This document shows positions 1 to 13,265 of a stretch of 64,000 bases of DNA, piece by piece. Origin of the DNA: Nemertoderma westbladi (taxonomy: Eukaryota; Animalia; Xenacoelomorpha); contig JAUCBJ010008325.1 of assembly GCA_032718475.1 (NCBI GenBank), forward strand, positions 4,772-68,771. The letters are read 5' to 3'. Made by a program: the position numbers and the translations under genes. Each line of letters starts with the position of its first letter. The stretch's first letter is position 1. The notes beneath the pieces are model-generated. The model did not search any database and had not been told where the DNA came from. It was given only the letters and a program-made list of their open reading frames with translations.

Positions 1-440
1 GAAACTTGAGTTACCGACGCATCCTACTGTATGTGATCTCAAAATCCAGGACAGCCCGTTCAATGGTGCCCTGCCCTGCCCCTGACTTCCGGGTCCATGA
101 TCAAAGGTAGCAAAAGTTATCAAATCAAAAGTCGTGCTCAGGCTTACCATCCTTTGAGCTTATGCTTATACGTTCTGACATTTCCTGAGGACTGAAAAAA
201 TAAACTGTCAGTGTGTCAACATTTTTGTCTTCTCGGAGTTAACAAATAAACCAACACTAGAAGCAACCTGTTCTAATGAGCTGAGTCGGGCTCCCTCTAG
301 TGATTCTGAGAGTACTAACTAAACTAGCCTAGGTCATCCTGAATGCCTACATCAGTTAGGAGCTTGGCTGCGTTTCCTCGACTTCTGGGGCCGGTAGGAG
401 ACAGGGGGTGTTACCATCACCCCATTATTTCAACATGTAG
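1..440 (-). mobile_element. Degenerate RTE-clade LINE RT fragment
   Basis: Clear nucleotide similarity to the RTE copy at ~17300-17720 (e.g. ccaacactagaagca...ttctaatgagctgag; tttcctcgacttctgg). Confidence 0.8.
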
Positions 441-572
441 AGCAAAGAGATTCCAACAAGAAATGAAAAAAATATGTTGGTGCCAATTCCCAAGAAGGGC
501 AATCTAACACATCTATGGTTCTTTTCGAGGTGTTTCATCTTGTTTCTCTGGTTATTTTTGAGATGTTAAACA

Positions 573-1401
573 TTGGTTAACTCACCTACTAATAGGAACG
601 GTGTTCTCTGGCAGCAGTTAACCCACCTACTAATAGGAATGGTGTTCTCTGGGAGTGGTTAACTCACCTACTAATAGGAACGGTGTTCTCTGGCAGTGGT
701 TAACTCACCTACTAATAGGAACGGTGTTCTCTGGCAGTGGTTAACTCAACTACCAATAGGAATGATGTTCTCTGGCAGTGGTTAACTCAACTACCAATAG
801 GAATGGTGTTCTCTGGGAGTGGTTAACTCAACTACTAATCTCTGGCAGCAGTTAACCCACCTACTAATAGGAATGGTGTTCTCTGGGAGTGGTTAACTCA
901 CCTACTAATAGGAACGGTGTTCTCTGGGAGTGGTTAACTCAACTACTAATCTCTGGCAGCAGTTAACCCACCTACTAATAGGAATGGTGTTCTCTGGGAG
1001 TGGTTAACTCAACTACTAATCTCTGGCAGCAGTTAACTCACCTACTAATAGGAACGGTGTTCTCTGGCAGTGGTTAACTCACCTACTAATAGGAACGGTG
1101 TTCTCTGGCAGTGGTTAACTCACCTACTAATAGGAACGGTGTTCTCTGGCAGTGGTTAACTCACCTACTAATAGGAACGGTGTTCTCTGGCAGTGGTTAA
1201 CTCACCTACTAATAGGAACGGTGTTCTCTGGGAGTGGTTAACTCACCTACTAATAGGAACGGTGTTCTCTGGCAGTGGTTAACTCACCTACTAATAGGAA
1301 CGGTGTTCTCTGGCAGTGGTTAACTCACCTACTAATAGGAACGGTGTTCTCTGGGAGTGGTTAACTCACCTACTAATAGGAACGGTGTTCTCTGGCAGTG
1401 G
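573..1401. repeat. 41-bp minisatellite (~20 copies) made from the Cdc42 exon 2 3' end plus splice donor
   Basis: Unit TTAACTCACCTACTAATAGGAACGGTGTTCTCTGGCAGTGG. The rightmost copy overlaps the exon; a few units are shortened. Confidence 0.95.
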
Positions 1402-1549
1402 TGGGTTATCTCCGGGACCCATTTCTCTTTGATATTATCGAAGGATGAAGGCGAAACCACGGAGAAACAAACGAGGAACACGTCGGTCTGTGGGTAGGAG
1501 AGCGGGCGTAGTCGGTCGTAATCCTCCTGTCCCGCCGTGTCGAATAAAC
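1370..1549 (-). CDS. CDC42: Cdc42 coding exon 2 (later exons not found in the window)
   Basis: TAG| acceptor at 1550, then (G)[59 protein letters not shown](G), then a |GTGAGT donor. 180 nt; phase matches exon 1. Confidence 0.96.
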
Positions 1550-2384
1550 CTACATTAATATATTAATATTATTAATTTATCAATTTCAATACCGGTACAG
1601 CGGAACCTATTAATTAATCAATATGCAAATTAGTAAATCCGTCATAAATCAATATATTATATTATATAGGCAAATTTTTACTTTTTCCCAAGAAAAAAGT
1701 TATTACAATAAGTACCGGTAATTTTTTTGTCTTCTCACCAATTTATAATATTATAGCACAAAAAAACTGTAACCCGCTCAGCTGCTCCTTTCCGTTACCG
1801 TAATTTATATTTTAACATTGAGACGAAATGTGATTTCGCCGAGACTGGATGTTATTGATTATGATTATAAATTTTTTTCCTGAAATGCTATAAATTTCAG
1901 GGCCTTCGCGCAGCACGTGAGTGTTTCAACCTTGAAAAATACTTGAAAATTAAAGGATTTTCGCGATTGGGGATACCACACTAGAGGCGTCACTAGAGGG
2001 CCAATAGCAAAAAGTCCGAAATTCAACAAAACTTATTCGATTTGAGCCTCATGACTTAGGGTTAGGGTTAAATTAGGCCTACTGCTTTAATCAAGGTTTG
2101 TGCCTGACCAACAAACCCGAACCTAAAAAACAAAGCAATAGGGCCTACCCCAACCCCACTCAGTACCTACAAATCACCCCAATAACCAAGTCATTAAGTA
2201 ACCCACGACAGCCAAGTAAAATATCGCTATGGTTTCCATATATAAACGTGGCGCATGTAGTGTGATAAAGCCCAAGCCCGCGATTGTGCGACTGCATGAT
2301 GCATAATCACTAATCAGATAATGTGAATGTCCCCTGTAGGCTGTAGGGTTAGGTAGGGGTGAATATATAACAAAGACTCTCTGT

Positions 2385-2560
2385 ACAAAACAAAGAGCAG
2401 AAGAGGTAAAGTCGCGTTAGGTCCCAAAGAGCGTTAAGTCCCAAAGACCTTTAGGTACAAAAGAGCGGTAGGTCCCGTTGCCATATAAAGGAGCAGGTTA
2501 GTAAAGGAGGATGTTCTGAGGTTACAGAGGCCTGTTGGGGGAACCAAAACAATAAACGAT
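2385..2560 (-). repeat. Dispersed short repeat family (MITE/SINE-like)
   Basis: Reverse complement matches cgtttattgttttgg..cccc...aacctgctcctttactaacctg...gggacctaacg at ~34538-34700 and ~43117-43280, with partial copies at 5240, 34008 and 42575. Confidence 0.6.
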
Positions 2561-2880
2561 AGTTAACACATGTGTTTTGTACAGGTCTTTATTATTTGGG
2601 TCTTTGTTTTGTACTCCCCCCGTTAAGTCAACGCGTAGGGTTAGGGTTAGCGTTAGTGGTTAGGGTACAGGGTAGGGGCCATTGTTAGATTGCAGGATTG
2701 TAGGCTAACCTATTTGTACTTGGCAGCTTAGACAGTAGGTATTGCGTGTTGGTACTCGCAGACTAGTACTACCAAACATAAAACGCAAGAAATATCACAT
2801 CGCATAACCAACGCATATACAGATAGTAGTATAAAGTATACAGGTATAGGTATAGCTGTATAGGGCCTACTGATATACAT

Positions 2881-5097
2881 CATGTCCTGGAATATGATGT
2901 TGCTATTCAGGTACATGCCCCCCCCCCCCCAAAAAAAAAAAATTTTTCTACAAATCTTAATGAGATTGCATGAAATTTGAAACAGAGATAGTTTCACCTC
3001 CCTCCTGCTCCTCCTCCGTGGGTGAGCCAGAATTTTTATTTTTGCTTTAAATCTTTAGCTACAAGCGTTTAAAAAAGGTGTCTTCGGTGACGGTGATATT
3101 TAACCAGTTACACTCCAGTTGTTCTTCAACCTTATCCACGAAGCTAAGGAAAATCAACTACTTTCGCTAAGAAAGATTTTCCTTAGCTGAGATGGTGTAT
3201 TCATAGTGGGCTATTTTACTTGTATGAGGCATATTTGTTTTTTTTGATTCCGGAAAAAACTAGCCTTTAAAAGTACCGGTACCCTGAAATTTTGCATGTA
3301 TATACTACTCATCGAGGCGCATCGTGTGGGATGGGTCTCATATCCAGGAAAAATCTGGTTTCTATGGCAACGGACTTAGAAAAAAGTCTATGTATTTCAA
3401 GTCAATATTTATAACTCTATTTGTAGTAAAACTATAATACATATAAACTTGGGGTTTCTCAACTCAACTATAAGGTCCATAGCAGAGCTGATTGAGGTTA
3501 AATAGAAAATCCAGTTACTTTGGCAACCGGGCTAAACAGATGTTAAAATTTATAAAATGATAATTTGAAGCCTAAGGTTAAGGTGTGATGACTTGGGACC
3601 AATCCCTACCCCCACTATATAACTTATTCTGCGTCCGAATTTGATAGTTCTATTTTGCAGTTACCATGACAACCGCTGAAAACAGATGTTTTTAAACAAA
3701 AATAACTCATTTGGACATAGACTTCGCGACAAAATTTTACGAAACTGGATATGAGTTATATGGACCACTAGTTGGAACTTTTAGTGAAACGCAAAACATT
3801 CCAGAAATAGCTACTTACCATGGTAACTGGAGTTTATTAAAGTCTATATCATTCAAGTATATATTCATAACTCTATTTTTAACAAAACTGTAATATATAT
3901 AAACTTGGTTTGCAACTCATCTATAAGGTCCATATCCAAGCCGTTCGAGGTTAATTAGAAAATCCAGTTACCATAGCAACAAGACTAAAAAGATGTTAAA
4001 ATTTATAAAAAGATAATTTGAAGAACAAGTTAATAGTATTATGATTTGGGACCAACACCTACCCCCCCTATATGACTTATTCTTCATCCGAATTAGATTG
4101 TTCTGATTTTCAGTTTCCATGACAACCACTACAAACAGATGCATTTTGATAGAAAATCGGTAATTTGGACATAAACTACAATATTTTCTGAAACTCGGTA
4201 TATGTGTTATCTGAACCACAATCTCTACTAAATCTTTTTTCAAAGGTTAAACAAACATTTCCAGAGAACTCTAGTTTCCATGGGAATGGAAGTTAATTAT
4301 TGGCAAATACTACTAAACTAGGCTAAGCAACGAACCAAAGTGTGGCGGTTTGTTTCATTTTCCTTAGCTTCGTGGTTGCATTTCCTTTAGGAAATGCCTT
4401 TCTAGTAGTGATTTGATGGTACCAATAATAAGCTGCCCATGCAAGGATTCCAAATATGTAAAAACATTTGAATTTGGTTGGGAAATGAGATATGACTGAG
4501 ATATGGGCATTCGAATGTTGCATGTTTATGCTTCCCCCGCAGGCCATTTATTCTATTTAATAAATACACAATAAATACACAATGTTCTAGAACATTTTGT
4601 TTATTCCATACGTAGCTGGGCAACAATGCGATACCTCTTTAATTATACTATTACGTAGCTATTCATAAATAAACAAAATGTTCTAGAATATGGTATTTTT
4701 ATTTAATAGAATAAAATAGCCTTATGCAGATGCAAAACCATGCAACATTTGAACGCTCATATCTCAGCTATTTTTCAACGAAATTTAGATTATGTTACAT
4801 ATTTGGAATCCTTGCATGGCCAGCTTTCCATTGGCACCAACAAACAGCTATAAGGTAGAAGAATAACTGCGGTGTAACTGGTGTAATAGCGCTGGAGACA
4901 CTTCTTTTAAACGCTTGTAGCTAAAGATTGAAAGCAAAAATAAAAATTCTGGCTCACCCACGGAGGAGGAGGGAGGTGAAACTATCTCTGTTTCAACGCA
5001 ATCTCATTAAGATTTGTAGAACATTTTTTTTTTGGGGGGGGGGGGGGGGGGCATGTACCTGAATAACGACACTATATTCCAGGACAGGGTGTAACTC
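2881..5097. mobile_element. Non-autonomous TIR element (MULE-like) in Cdc42 intron 1
   Basis: ~200-bp inverted repeats at 2883-3083 and 4896-5086. Flanked by a near-TSD, GATATACAT (2872-2880) / GATAGACAT (5098-5106). Contains an internal ~460-bp tandem duplication and further inverted repeats. Confidence 0.7.
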
Positions 5098-5555
5098 GAT
5101 AGACATGAACCTGAAAATGGCGCTACGTGGGTGGGTTCTACGTCTACCTGACTACTGCATTGTAATACTGTAATAACCACACCCCAGCACTTATATATGG
5201 TGTTCATAATCATCAATCATGTAGCAGGTTTTAACATTCGTTTATTGTTTTGGTTCCCCAACTCGCCTCTGTCAGTCTGTCTGTCTGTAACCTAGCCTAC
5301 TCATTTAGATTTACTTACCTGTCTACAGCCGCAAGTTTATTTTCAACCTGTCAACCACACGAGATATCAGGATATCGAATGTAAAATGGATTACTGCATA
5401 CTGCTGTACTGAGTTAGCCTACTGTACTGGGGTGTCGTTATAACTGTATAATGCAGTGCAGTGGTGCCCGATACTGCGATACGCGCTACGTGCTGACGAC
5501 CTGACAACCTGTGTAGGCCTACGCTTCGGTATGCCTACCTGTATTGCTGTATTCA

Positions 5556-5762
<207 letters not shown>

Positions 5763-6665
5763 TCAGCCGCAGCCGGTCCTTAATCGAATACAGTAATACT
5801 GCAACTGTAAAGTAGGCCTAATACGGCGCTACTTTTGACTTCTGTACTTCAGTACTTAACCAACCGGGTCGTTCAGTCGTTGGTTGTCCAGTCTGTAGTT
5901 TTGTTCCGTTACCGGTATAACAGGCCAGAGTACTGGATTACAGGAAAAGCATATCAGCATATCCAGGTTATCACATCCAACCTCAGACAATCAGAACCTC
6001 AACCAACAGGGACTAGGTTGGTTGCCTGTGTGTTCTTACTGCTGTACCGGTATTGTTTTTTCTCTAGCTGTCTACAGGTCTAGCGCGATCTGGCAGTCCA
6101 TGCAAATTATTCCATCAGATTAATTTTCACTTCTGCCCATCCAGGAGTAACGACCACGCGACTGGTATGGTAGGGTCACAGGCTGACAGGTATCGGCACG
6201 CTACATGAGTGTCGCACATTGACCGCAAGTATTTTGATATTTCGTATTACTGTATGCTGTATTTATTATTCCAGTATTTTTTGATACAATTCTGATACTG
6301 TAATGTTGAATTAAATTGGTAATCCGATACTGCCAATCAAAGTTTATGTTAATATATTTATTTAGAAGGTGTGGTTTATAGTGTTTTTGAAAAGGTTTAT
6401 CTTAGCTTTTTTATGTTTTAAGTCTGATACAGTATGATGATCGAAATGCCCATACCCATTTAGAATTTTCTCATATGTAAAGAAACGCATTTTATCTGGT
6501 ATTTAGCTCTACCGCGGTTACATCCCTTATGCAGAATTACACTTCACATTATTGGCATTGCCTTACAGGTACGGTACATTTCTTATGATTTAGGATATAC
6601 ATACTGTAGGCCTACTGTAGGAATATTGATAAAATTAATAATGGGGCACACCGAAGGGAACTCAG

Positions 6666-7700
6666 ACAAAATTGCGCCGCCACAACTCCCTATCACCAAT
6701 GCCATTGGCTATATGTCCTTTCAGAAACGTACCAAGAATGTCATGGGCTGTCCGCCATGTTTATTCACTCCATGGGGCTGCCAAAAATCATTTGTGCACT
6801 GGCTGGTCCTCACGGCGAAAGCAATGTCCTGCAAAGTGGAGGCGGCTCTGTTCAAGTGTCAAGCTAGGGGAGACTATTGAAACACCTCCATGTTATATAG
6901 TGTTTGTTTAGAGATGTTTTCAATGTTCTTGACACAATGAACCCGGCGTAGTATGAACTCAGCAGTTATTGTATTGTATTGTAATTTTTATTGCCCATTG
7001 TACATATTACATTATTAGCACAAATGAATATAATTTACATGGTACGTAACAAAATAATACGGGCGCCTATTACCCCAAAATTAAGTTCACGTTAGAAAAC
7101 CGCCCAACAGAATATTCCAACGGTCAATAATAATAGAGGTACTTGTAGAAGTCAAATAACAAGCTCGTACAATAGTATTAGTTGAGGTATTAACTCGAAT
7201 ATATAAAGAGAAAATATTTCTCCGCAGCACAGCCTTAAAATTATATGTTAATTTATGTAGTATATGTTTGTGTTTATGTAGTATGCCAGTTATGTAGTAC
7301 CCAACATAGACTCTCATATGCAGTAGGAGTAGGCCTTACTGGTTCTTATGCTGCACTAAATAAACGAACCTTAAGATTCCGTTGCATTCTATGGGATTTC
7401 CAAAATCTGGACATAATGTACAAGTACAATTCAATGCCACTCATGACTTCCCCTTACGTATCCGAAGGTCTTCACCTGACTTCCGTATCCATGATCCAAA
7501 GTAGCAGAAGTCATCCACATGCTCAAGCAAACCATCCCTGGAACTTCAAATGCTCATACCATCAGACATTTCCTGGGGGCTGTCGATGTTCACGGTCACC
7601 AACATTTTGGTCTTTTTGGAATTTACAAAAAGACCGACACTAGAAGCAGCCTGTTCCAATGAGCTGAAAAGCCTTTTGTCTCCCTCCAGTGATTCTGACA
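6666..7700 (-). mobile_element. Degenerate RTE LINE copy split by another LINE 3' end (~6970-7320)
   Basis: 6666-6968 and 7328-7700 are collinear with RTE 16863-17600. The intervening segment ends in a (CAATA)n tail on the minus strand. Confidence 0.75.
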
Positions 7701-7959
7701 GTAGAGGCCCACGCGTCGTTTGGAATTGCTCAGAACTTGTAGCTCAGAAGAAATTTCCCGGGTTTTATTAGGAACGAGGAGACACTACTACACCTTCCAA
7801 GGAAACGAATTGATTGACTCGCGAAGTTGAGGCTTACAGTATAGATAAACGAATACGGTTAACGAATAAAGGGAGAGACACCTACGCGTAGTTAAAACTT
7901 TCACATTAGGCCTAAATGTTAAGGTTCCGTGTTCGTAAACAATGCACCTGATATCACCA

Positions 7960-8245
7960 CCTTTGGCTTAGTGGTTAAATACGTTGACTTGAATTCATAT
8001 TTTTCCAGAGGTCGTGGATTCTATCCCTACATGGGGGTCTGAGTACTCGATTCGGCACATACTGTATGCTTTAAAGAAACTGGTCAGGTACTAAAGGTAC
8101 TAAAGTACCTTTCGAAAGGTACTAAAGTACCTTTCATCGCATCCTTAAATGGTAGCTAAATGAGTATCAGGGAGTCATTATTCTGGGGGGACCGCGGAAA
8201 TAAGTCGTAAGACTTTGTTCGTTATGGTTGGCCTAACGGACGAAG
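7960..8245 (+). mobile_element. Probable tRNA-derived SINE
   Basis: Box A-like TGGCTTAGTGG (~7964) and box B-like GGATTCTATCCC (~8016), followed by a SINE-core-like catcc...ggtag..aaatgagta motif. Confidence 0.45.
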
Positions 8246-9149
8246 GAAAACTTTACTTTTAAATACCACTAAGCGATTTTAATAAAAGCAATACAATAAT
8301 TATTTATCTGTCTCTATAACGATGCGCCATTACTATCATGGCTTTAGTATTTCTGGCATCTACAAAATACAGTAAATATAGGAACACTAAAAATATTCAC
8401 TCTTTAATATTGAGTAGAACCAAAGTAGGCCTATAACTTATACAATTGCTTACGAACTATTAAATCTACAGTATTCTCATTTTCTGAGTTGTCTAGGTCT
8501 ACGCAGTACAGTCTCTACCGGTACTCCTAAAAGCAATGCAATATGAGTACGGCCTTCACGAAGCCAGTTTATATCACCAAACGGTCGAAGATTTATACAG
8601 TTGCGAAAAGTACTGATGCACGTATAGTCTCATAATGTACTGATGCACTGTATAGTAGTCTCATAAAGTACTGATGCACACTGTAGCAATCTCGTAAAGT
8701 TAGGATATAGGCCTACGTCTGTAGTCCCGAAAAGTACTGATCGATATCAGTTGAGTAAAGGTTTGATGAAGGAGATGGCAATGTAGGCATATACAACAAC
8801 AAGACTATATTATGAAAAAATGTACTCAGAAACAGTTTTGGATGGGCTACAGTAGTACTGTACAATTTCAATAATCAAGGGAAATATATTCTCAGATGTA
8901 AAAACCACTTCTTAGCCCCGCAGAGTCAGTCACTGCACAGTTTCTTCACAGAACATCTGAGACCCAGCTAGCACAGGTCATATTCGAGCTCAATAGATCT
9001 CTCGCTCTTGCTCTAGGAACCCGAACTGGACCCTGCAAAAAGAAGAATTCATCCCGGCCATGCCACCAAGTTCATTAGAAGTTCAGGCTGTATTATGTGA
9101 CATCCAAGCTCGACTTACTGTACAACGATGGAACTCAGAGTAAAGTCAC

Positions 9150-9751
9150 TTAGTTTAGTTTAACATTTATTTTATTGAACATCGAAGTTCACCCAATTGG
9201 GCAACAAGCATAATGCTTATAAGCACCCTTTTGGACCGAGGAATACAAATTAACAAGGAGCACTAGACCCGCACCACTCTAAAATGGAGTACGTTAACAC
9301 TAACTGCAATAAGCCAGCCGAAAAAATGTAAACATAAGATAAAAGTTAACACAATTATTAGAGAAAACAGAACCAATTGAGCCATATGAAACCAGCCACA
9401 AGCACTACATACATACTGTACACCACACATACATACACACACCCACCTACATACACCCATTTCATACTTGCTTACTCATTGGTGCTATTGAACTTTACCA
9501 AGATTATAATATTTTTATTAAGAATATTTTAATTGAATTAATAAAGAATGTTACACACAATATTAGATTTCATTTTGTTTTTGGGTCCATATAATAACAA
9601 TGTCAATGTAGGATTCCCTCCAAGAGATGATAAAGTGTTGTAAAGAACATTTTGTTGATCTGAGTAATTAATACATTCTGTAAAATAATGGAATGCGTCT
9701 TCCCTAGCTTGACCACAAGAACATTTAGGTGACGATTTAACGTGGTTTAAA
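9150..9751 (-). mobile_element. LINE 3' end (C-terminal CCHC-like domain and 3' UTR)
   Basis: ORF 9538-9756 contains SPKCSCGQAREDAFHYFTEC, a typical non-LTR ORF2 C-terminal Cys/His motif. AATAAA and a (TAAAC)n tail lie near 9150-9175 on the minus strand. Confidence 0.7.
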
Positions 9752-10926
9752 TACACGAAGTGGGGCCTTCGCGCAGCACGTGACTTAAATTTAATTTAAG
9801 TACTAATTCGAAAGTATTACTGTATTAGCAAATTTTAAGCAGATTTCGCCTAATCACTTTTTACCTCTTTCATTTCTATTCAGACATTTCTGACTCTAGC
9901 GGTATAGTGAGAACTGAAGATGGATTAGGGTCTCCAGCCCCACAAAGACACAGCCTATGGATGAATAGTACATACGTACATCGGCCAAGTTTCATCTTGA
10001 ATAACGGATAACGAAATGAGAGACGGATCTCACTTTCAGAAATTTCGTCGTATAGCGGCAGACCGACTAAATCCCCCCCCCCCCCCCCCCCCCCCCCACA
10101 AAGACGCAGCATGTAGTCCAGAATATATTGCAAGATTCAGCTTAAACTGATTAAAATCAATGAGACGGGAGAATCTATTCACTTTCAGGCATAAAGTAGT
10201 CCTATAGCGGGTGACTGTTGAACTGATTTTCAACAAAACAAATTTTCAACTTGGCAGCTTTAAATTCGACAAAGTTATAAGCATGTCAATATCATAACGA
10301 CGACAACGATTTCACTTTCAGACATTTGGCCCTCTAGCGGCAGACTGGAGAACTGCAGATGGATTCGCCTCCTTTGAAAGTCACAGCTAATGGTCTAATA
10401 CATATCTGCCAAGTTTCAGCTTAAACGGATTAAAAGCAAAGAAATGGGAGGGCATTTAATGTTTAGACATGTGGCCCTCTAGCGGGAGACCATTGCACTG
10501 ATGGTGTCTGAAAGTCTCTCAAAAATCTCAACTTTAGCTCATATTGATACCTAGAAATTTTCAACTTGGCAGCTTTAAATCCGACAAAGTTATTAGCATG
10601 TCAAAATCGTAACGACGACAACGATTTCACTTTCAGACCTTTGGCCCTCTAGCGGCAGACTGGAGAACTGCAGATGGATTCGCCTCCTTTGAAAGTCACA
10701 GCTAATGGTCTAATACATATCTGCCAAGTTTCAGCTTAAACGGATTAAAAGCAAAGAAATGGGAGGGCATTTAATGTTTAGACATGTGGCCCTCTAGCGG
10801 GAGACCATTGCACTGATGGTGTCTGAAAGTCTCTCAAAAATCTCAACTTTTGCTCATATTGATACCTACAAATTTTCAACTTGGCAGCTTTAAATCCGAC
10901 AAAGTTATTAGCATGTCAAAATCGTA

Positions 10927-10979
<53 letters not shown>

Positions 10980-11057
10980 TATTTGCATAAATTGACCCAC
11001 CCCCTAACAGTGTCAATTCGCTAAGGCTCCGCCAACTTCGTGGCTCGCCCCACAAGT
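9752..11057 (-). mobile_element. Helentron/DINE-like non-autonomous element, copy 1
   Basis: Ends TTGTGGGGCGAGCCACGAAG... and ...CGAAGGCCCCACTTCGTGTAT. Has a (GAC)n microsatellite near the 5' end and internal 315-bp tandem units (10251, 10566, 10881). Confidence 0.65.
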
Positions 11058-11279
11058 CATTATTGAGGGAGGAACAATTACATCTGAATCGTGCAAGAGC
11101 ACCGTTCATTGTGGGTGTTCCTATAGTAATAGGGGACTATTGTTGATATTGTAGTAACTGCTATGGACTCCATTGCCAGACGTTTAAAAACTTAGAAGTA
11201 GCTTGGCGCGTTTCCTCCGAAAGGGTGTTCCATAAACGGACGGTAGATGGTAGAAAGTAATCACGATAAAAGTTAGTCC

Positions 11280-11384
11280 TAGGTAGGTAGGGTAGGTAGG
11301 TAGGTAGGTAGGTAGGTAGGTAGGTAGGTAGGTAGGTAGGTAGGTAGGTAGGTAGGTAGGTAGGTAGGTAGGTAGGTAGGTAGG
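11280..11384. repeat. (TAGG)n microsatellite
   Basis: Direct reading. Confidence 0.95.
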
Positions 11385-11408
11385 GGCGGCCGCAAGTCGT
11401 TTGTATTG

Positions 11409-12233
11409 CTTGTGGGGCGAGCCACGAAGTTGGCGGAGCCTTAGCGAATTGACACTGTTAGGGGGTGGGTCAATTTATGCAAATAGTTGTCGTCGTCGTC
11501 GTTGTCGTCGTCGTTGTCGTCGTCGTTACAATTTTGACATGCTAATAACTTTGTCGGATTTAAAGCTGCCAAGTTGAAAATTTGTAGGTATCAATATGAG
11601 CAAAAGTTGAGATTTTTGAGAGACTTTCAGACACCATCAGTGCAATGGTCTCCCGCTAGAGGGCCACATGTCTAAACATTAAATGCCCTCCCATTTCTTT
11701 GCTTTTAATCCGTTTAAGCTGAAACTTGGCAGATATGTATTAGACCATTAGCTGTGACTTTCAAAGGAGGCGAATCCATCTGCAGTTCTCCAGTCTGCCG
11801 CTAGAGGGCCAAATGTCTGAAAGTGAAATCGTTGTCGTCGTTATGATATTGACATGCTTATAACTTTGTCGAATTTAAAGCTGCCAAGTTGAAAATTTGT
11901 AGGCATCAATATGATCAAAAGTTGAGACGTTTGAGAGACTTTCAGACACCATCAGAGCAATAGTCTCCTGCTAGAGGGCCACATGTCTAAACGTTAAATG
12001 TCCTCCCATTTCTTTGCTTTTAATCCATTTATGCTGAAATTTGGCAGATATGTAATAGACCATAGGCTGTGGCTTTGTAGGGAAACTAATCCTTCCTTCT
12101 TCAGTTACCCAGTCTCCCGCTAGAGGGTTAACGTTTTCCGGGAAAATCTTCTCCTATGTTTTTATAATCCTTTCGAGTTGATACTTAGCATTAACTCATT
12201 TCACGTGCTGCGCGAAGGCCCCACTTCGTGTAT
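11409..12233 (+). mobile_element. Helentron/DINE-like non-autonomous element, copy 2 (inverted relative to copy 1)
   Basis: Same ends, (GTC)n tract and 315-bp units as copy 1, in the opposite orientation. A 3'-end fragment also occurs at ~1900-1920. Confidence 0.65.
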
Positions 12234-13265
12234 TGTATGCACTAGCTGCCCCTACACTCTCTGGTAGTATATCAGTTAAGTGAATTGGCGCTCTCCCTGA
12301 AAACATCCTATGCATTATACATAATTTATGGAGGTTCCTCCTGTCTTGAAGAGTGGGTAAGCCAGAGTCTTTATATAAATTTACAGAGGAGCAGGATATA
12401 GTTAGCCTACAAATTATACGTATAGCCTCTTTGTTTAGCAGTTCTATAGAATCCTTAAGTTCTTTGTATTTGACTGTGCGAAGTAGGGGTAGTTTACGTG
12501 CAGCGGCGGCGACTATTGATTTAATATGAAGATTCCACTTAAGGTCATTTGCAATTAAGCAACCAAGATGTTTATGTTGATGAACAGTAGCGACATGGTC
12601 GATGGTCGTTATTAAGAGTTAATGGAAAATGGTCGTGATGAAGAGATCGCCGGTGAGTTATTAACATGTCTTCAGTTTTAGATGCATTAAAGTTAACCAA
12701 CCATTTCGTCCCCCATTCTGAGATATGGTCGAGGTCTGTTTGCAGAGAAATGGATGATTCTCTTGGCTTACCACACAACACAGCTATGTATATAGCTGTA
12801 TCATCAGCGTAGTACAGACTTATATTGTTTGAAACAATATCGTTTATAAAAACGAGAAGAAGAATAGGTCCAAGAACAGATCCCTGAGGAACGCCTGCTA
12901 AGAAGACTGATCTAGAGCCATTCACCGTTACGCATTGAAAGATGTCCTGTAAATAACTTTGAAGCCACTTAAACATGGCACCGCCGATACCCATGTATTC
13001 GAGTTTATGGAGAAGGCTCCTATCATGGACACTCGATCACTATCAAGGCCTTACTCACGTCCAGAAATACAATGCGGATTTCTTTGCCTTTATCAAGTAA
13101 ACTTACCAAGGCATTGTATGGAGTGATGAGCTGATACACAGTCCCATCTCCATGCGTAAAACCAGATTGATGTTTAGATATAAAATCCCGGATAGGCCTA
13201 AGATTATATAAAATTTTAACTAAAGATCTCTCGAATAATTTTCCCAGATGACTTGTTAAGGAGAA
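12234..13265 (-). mobile_element. Degenerate CR1/L2-like LINE reverse transcriptase fragment
   Basis: ORF 12572-12994 contains GVPQGSVLGP, YADD and WLVNFNASKT; frameshifted on both sides. Confidence 0.9.

Noticed and set aside
573-1401. CRISPR-like array
   Set aside because: Head-to-tail repeats with no unique spacers, eukaryotic context and no cas genes.
2055-2070. Telomeric TTAGGG repeats (also ~2636-2665)
   Set aside because: Only 2-3 degenerate units inside dispersed repeats.
7960-8030. tRNA gene
   Set aside because: Degenerate box B and no convincing cloverleaf; better explained as a SINE head.
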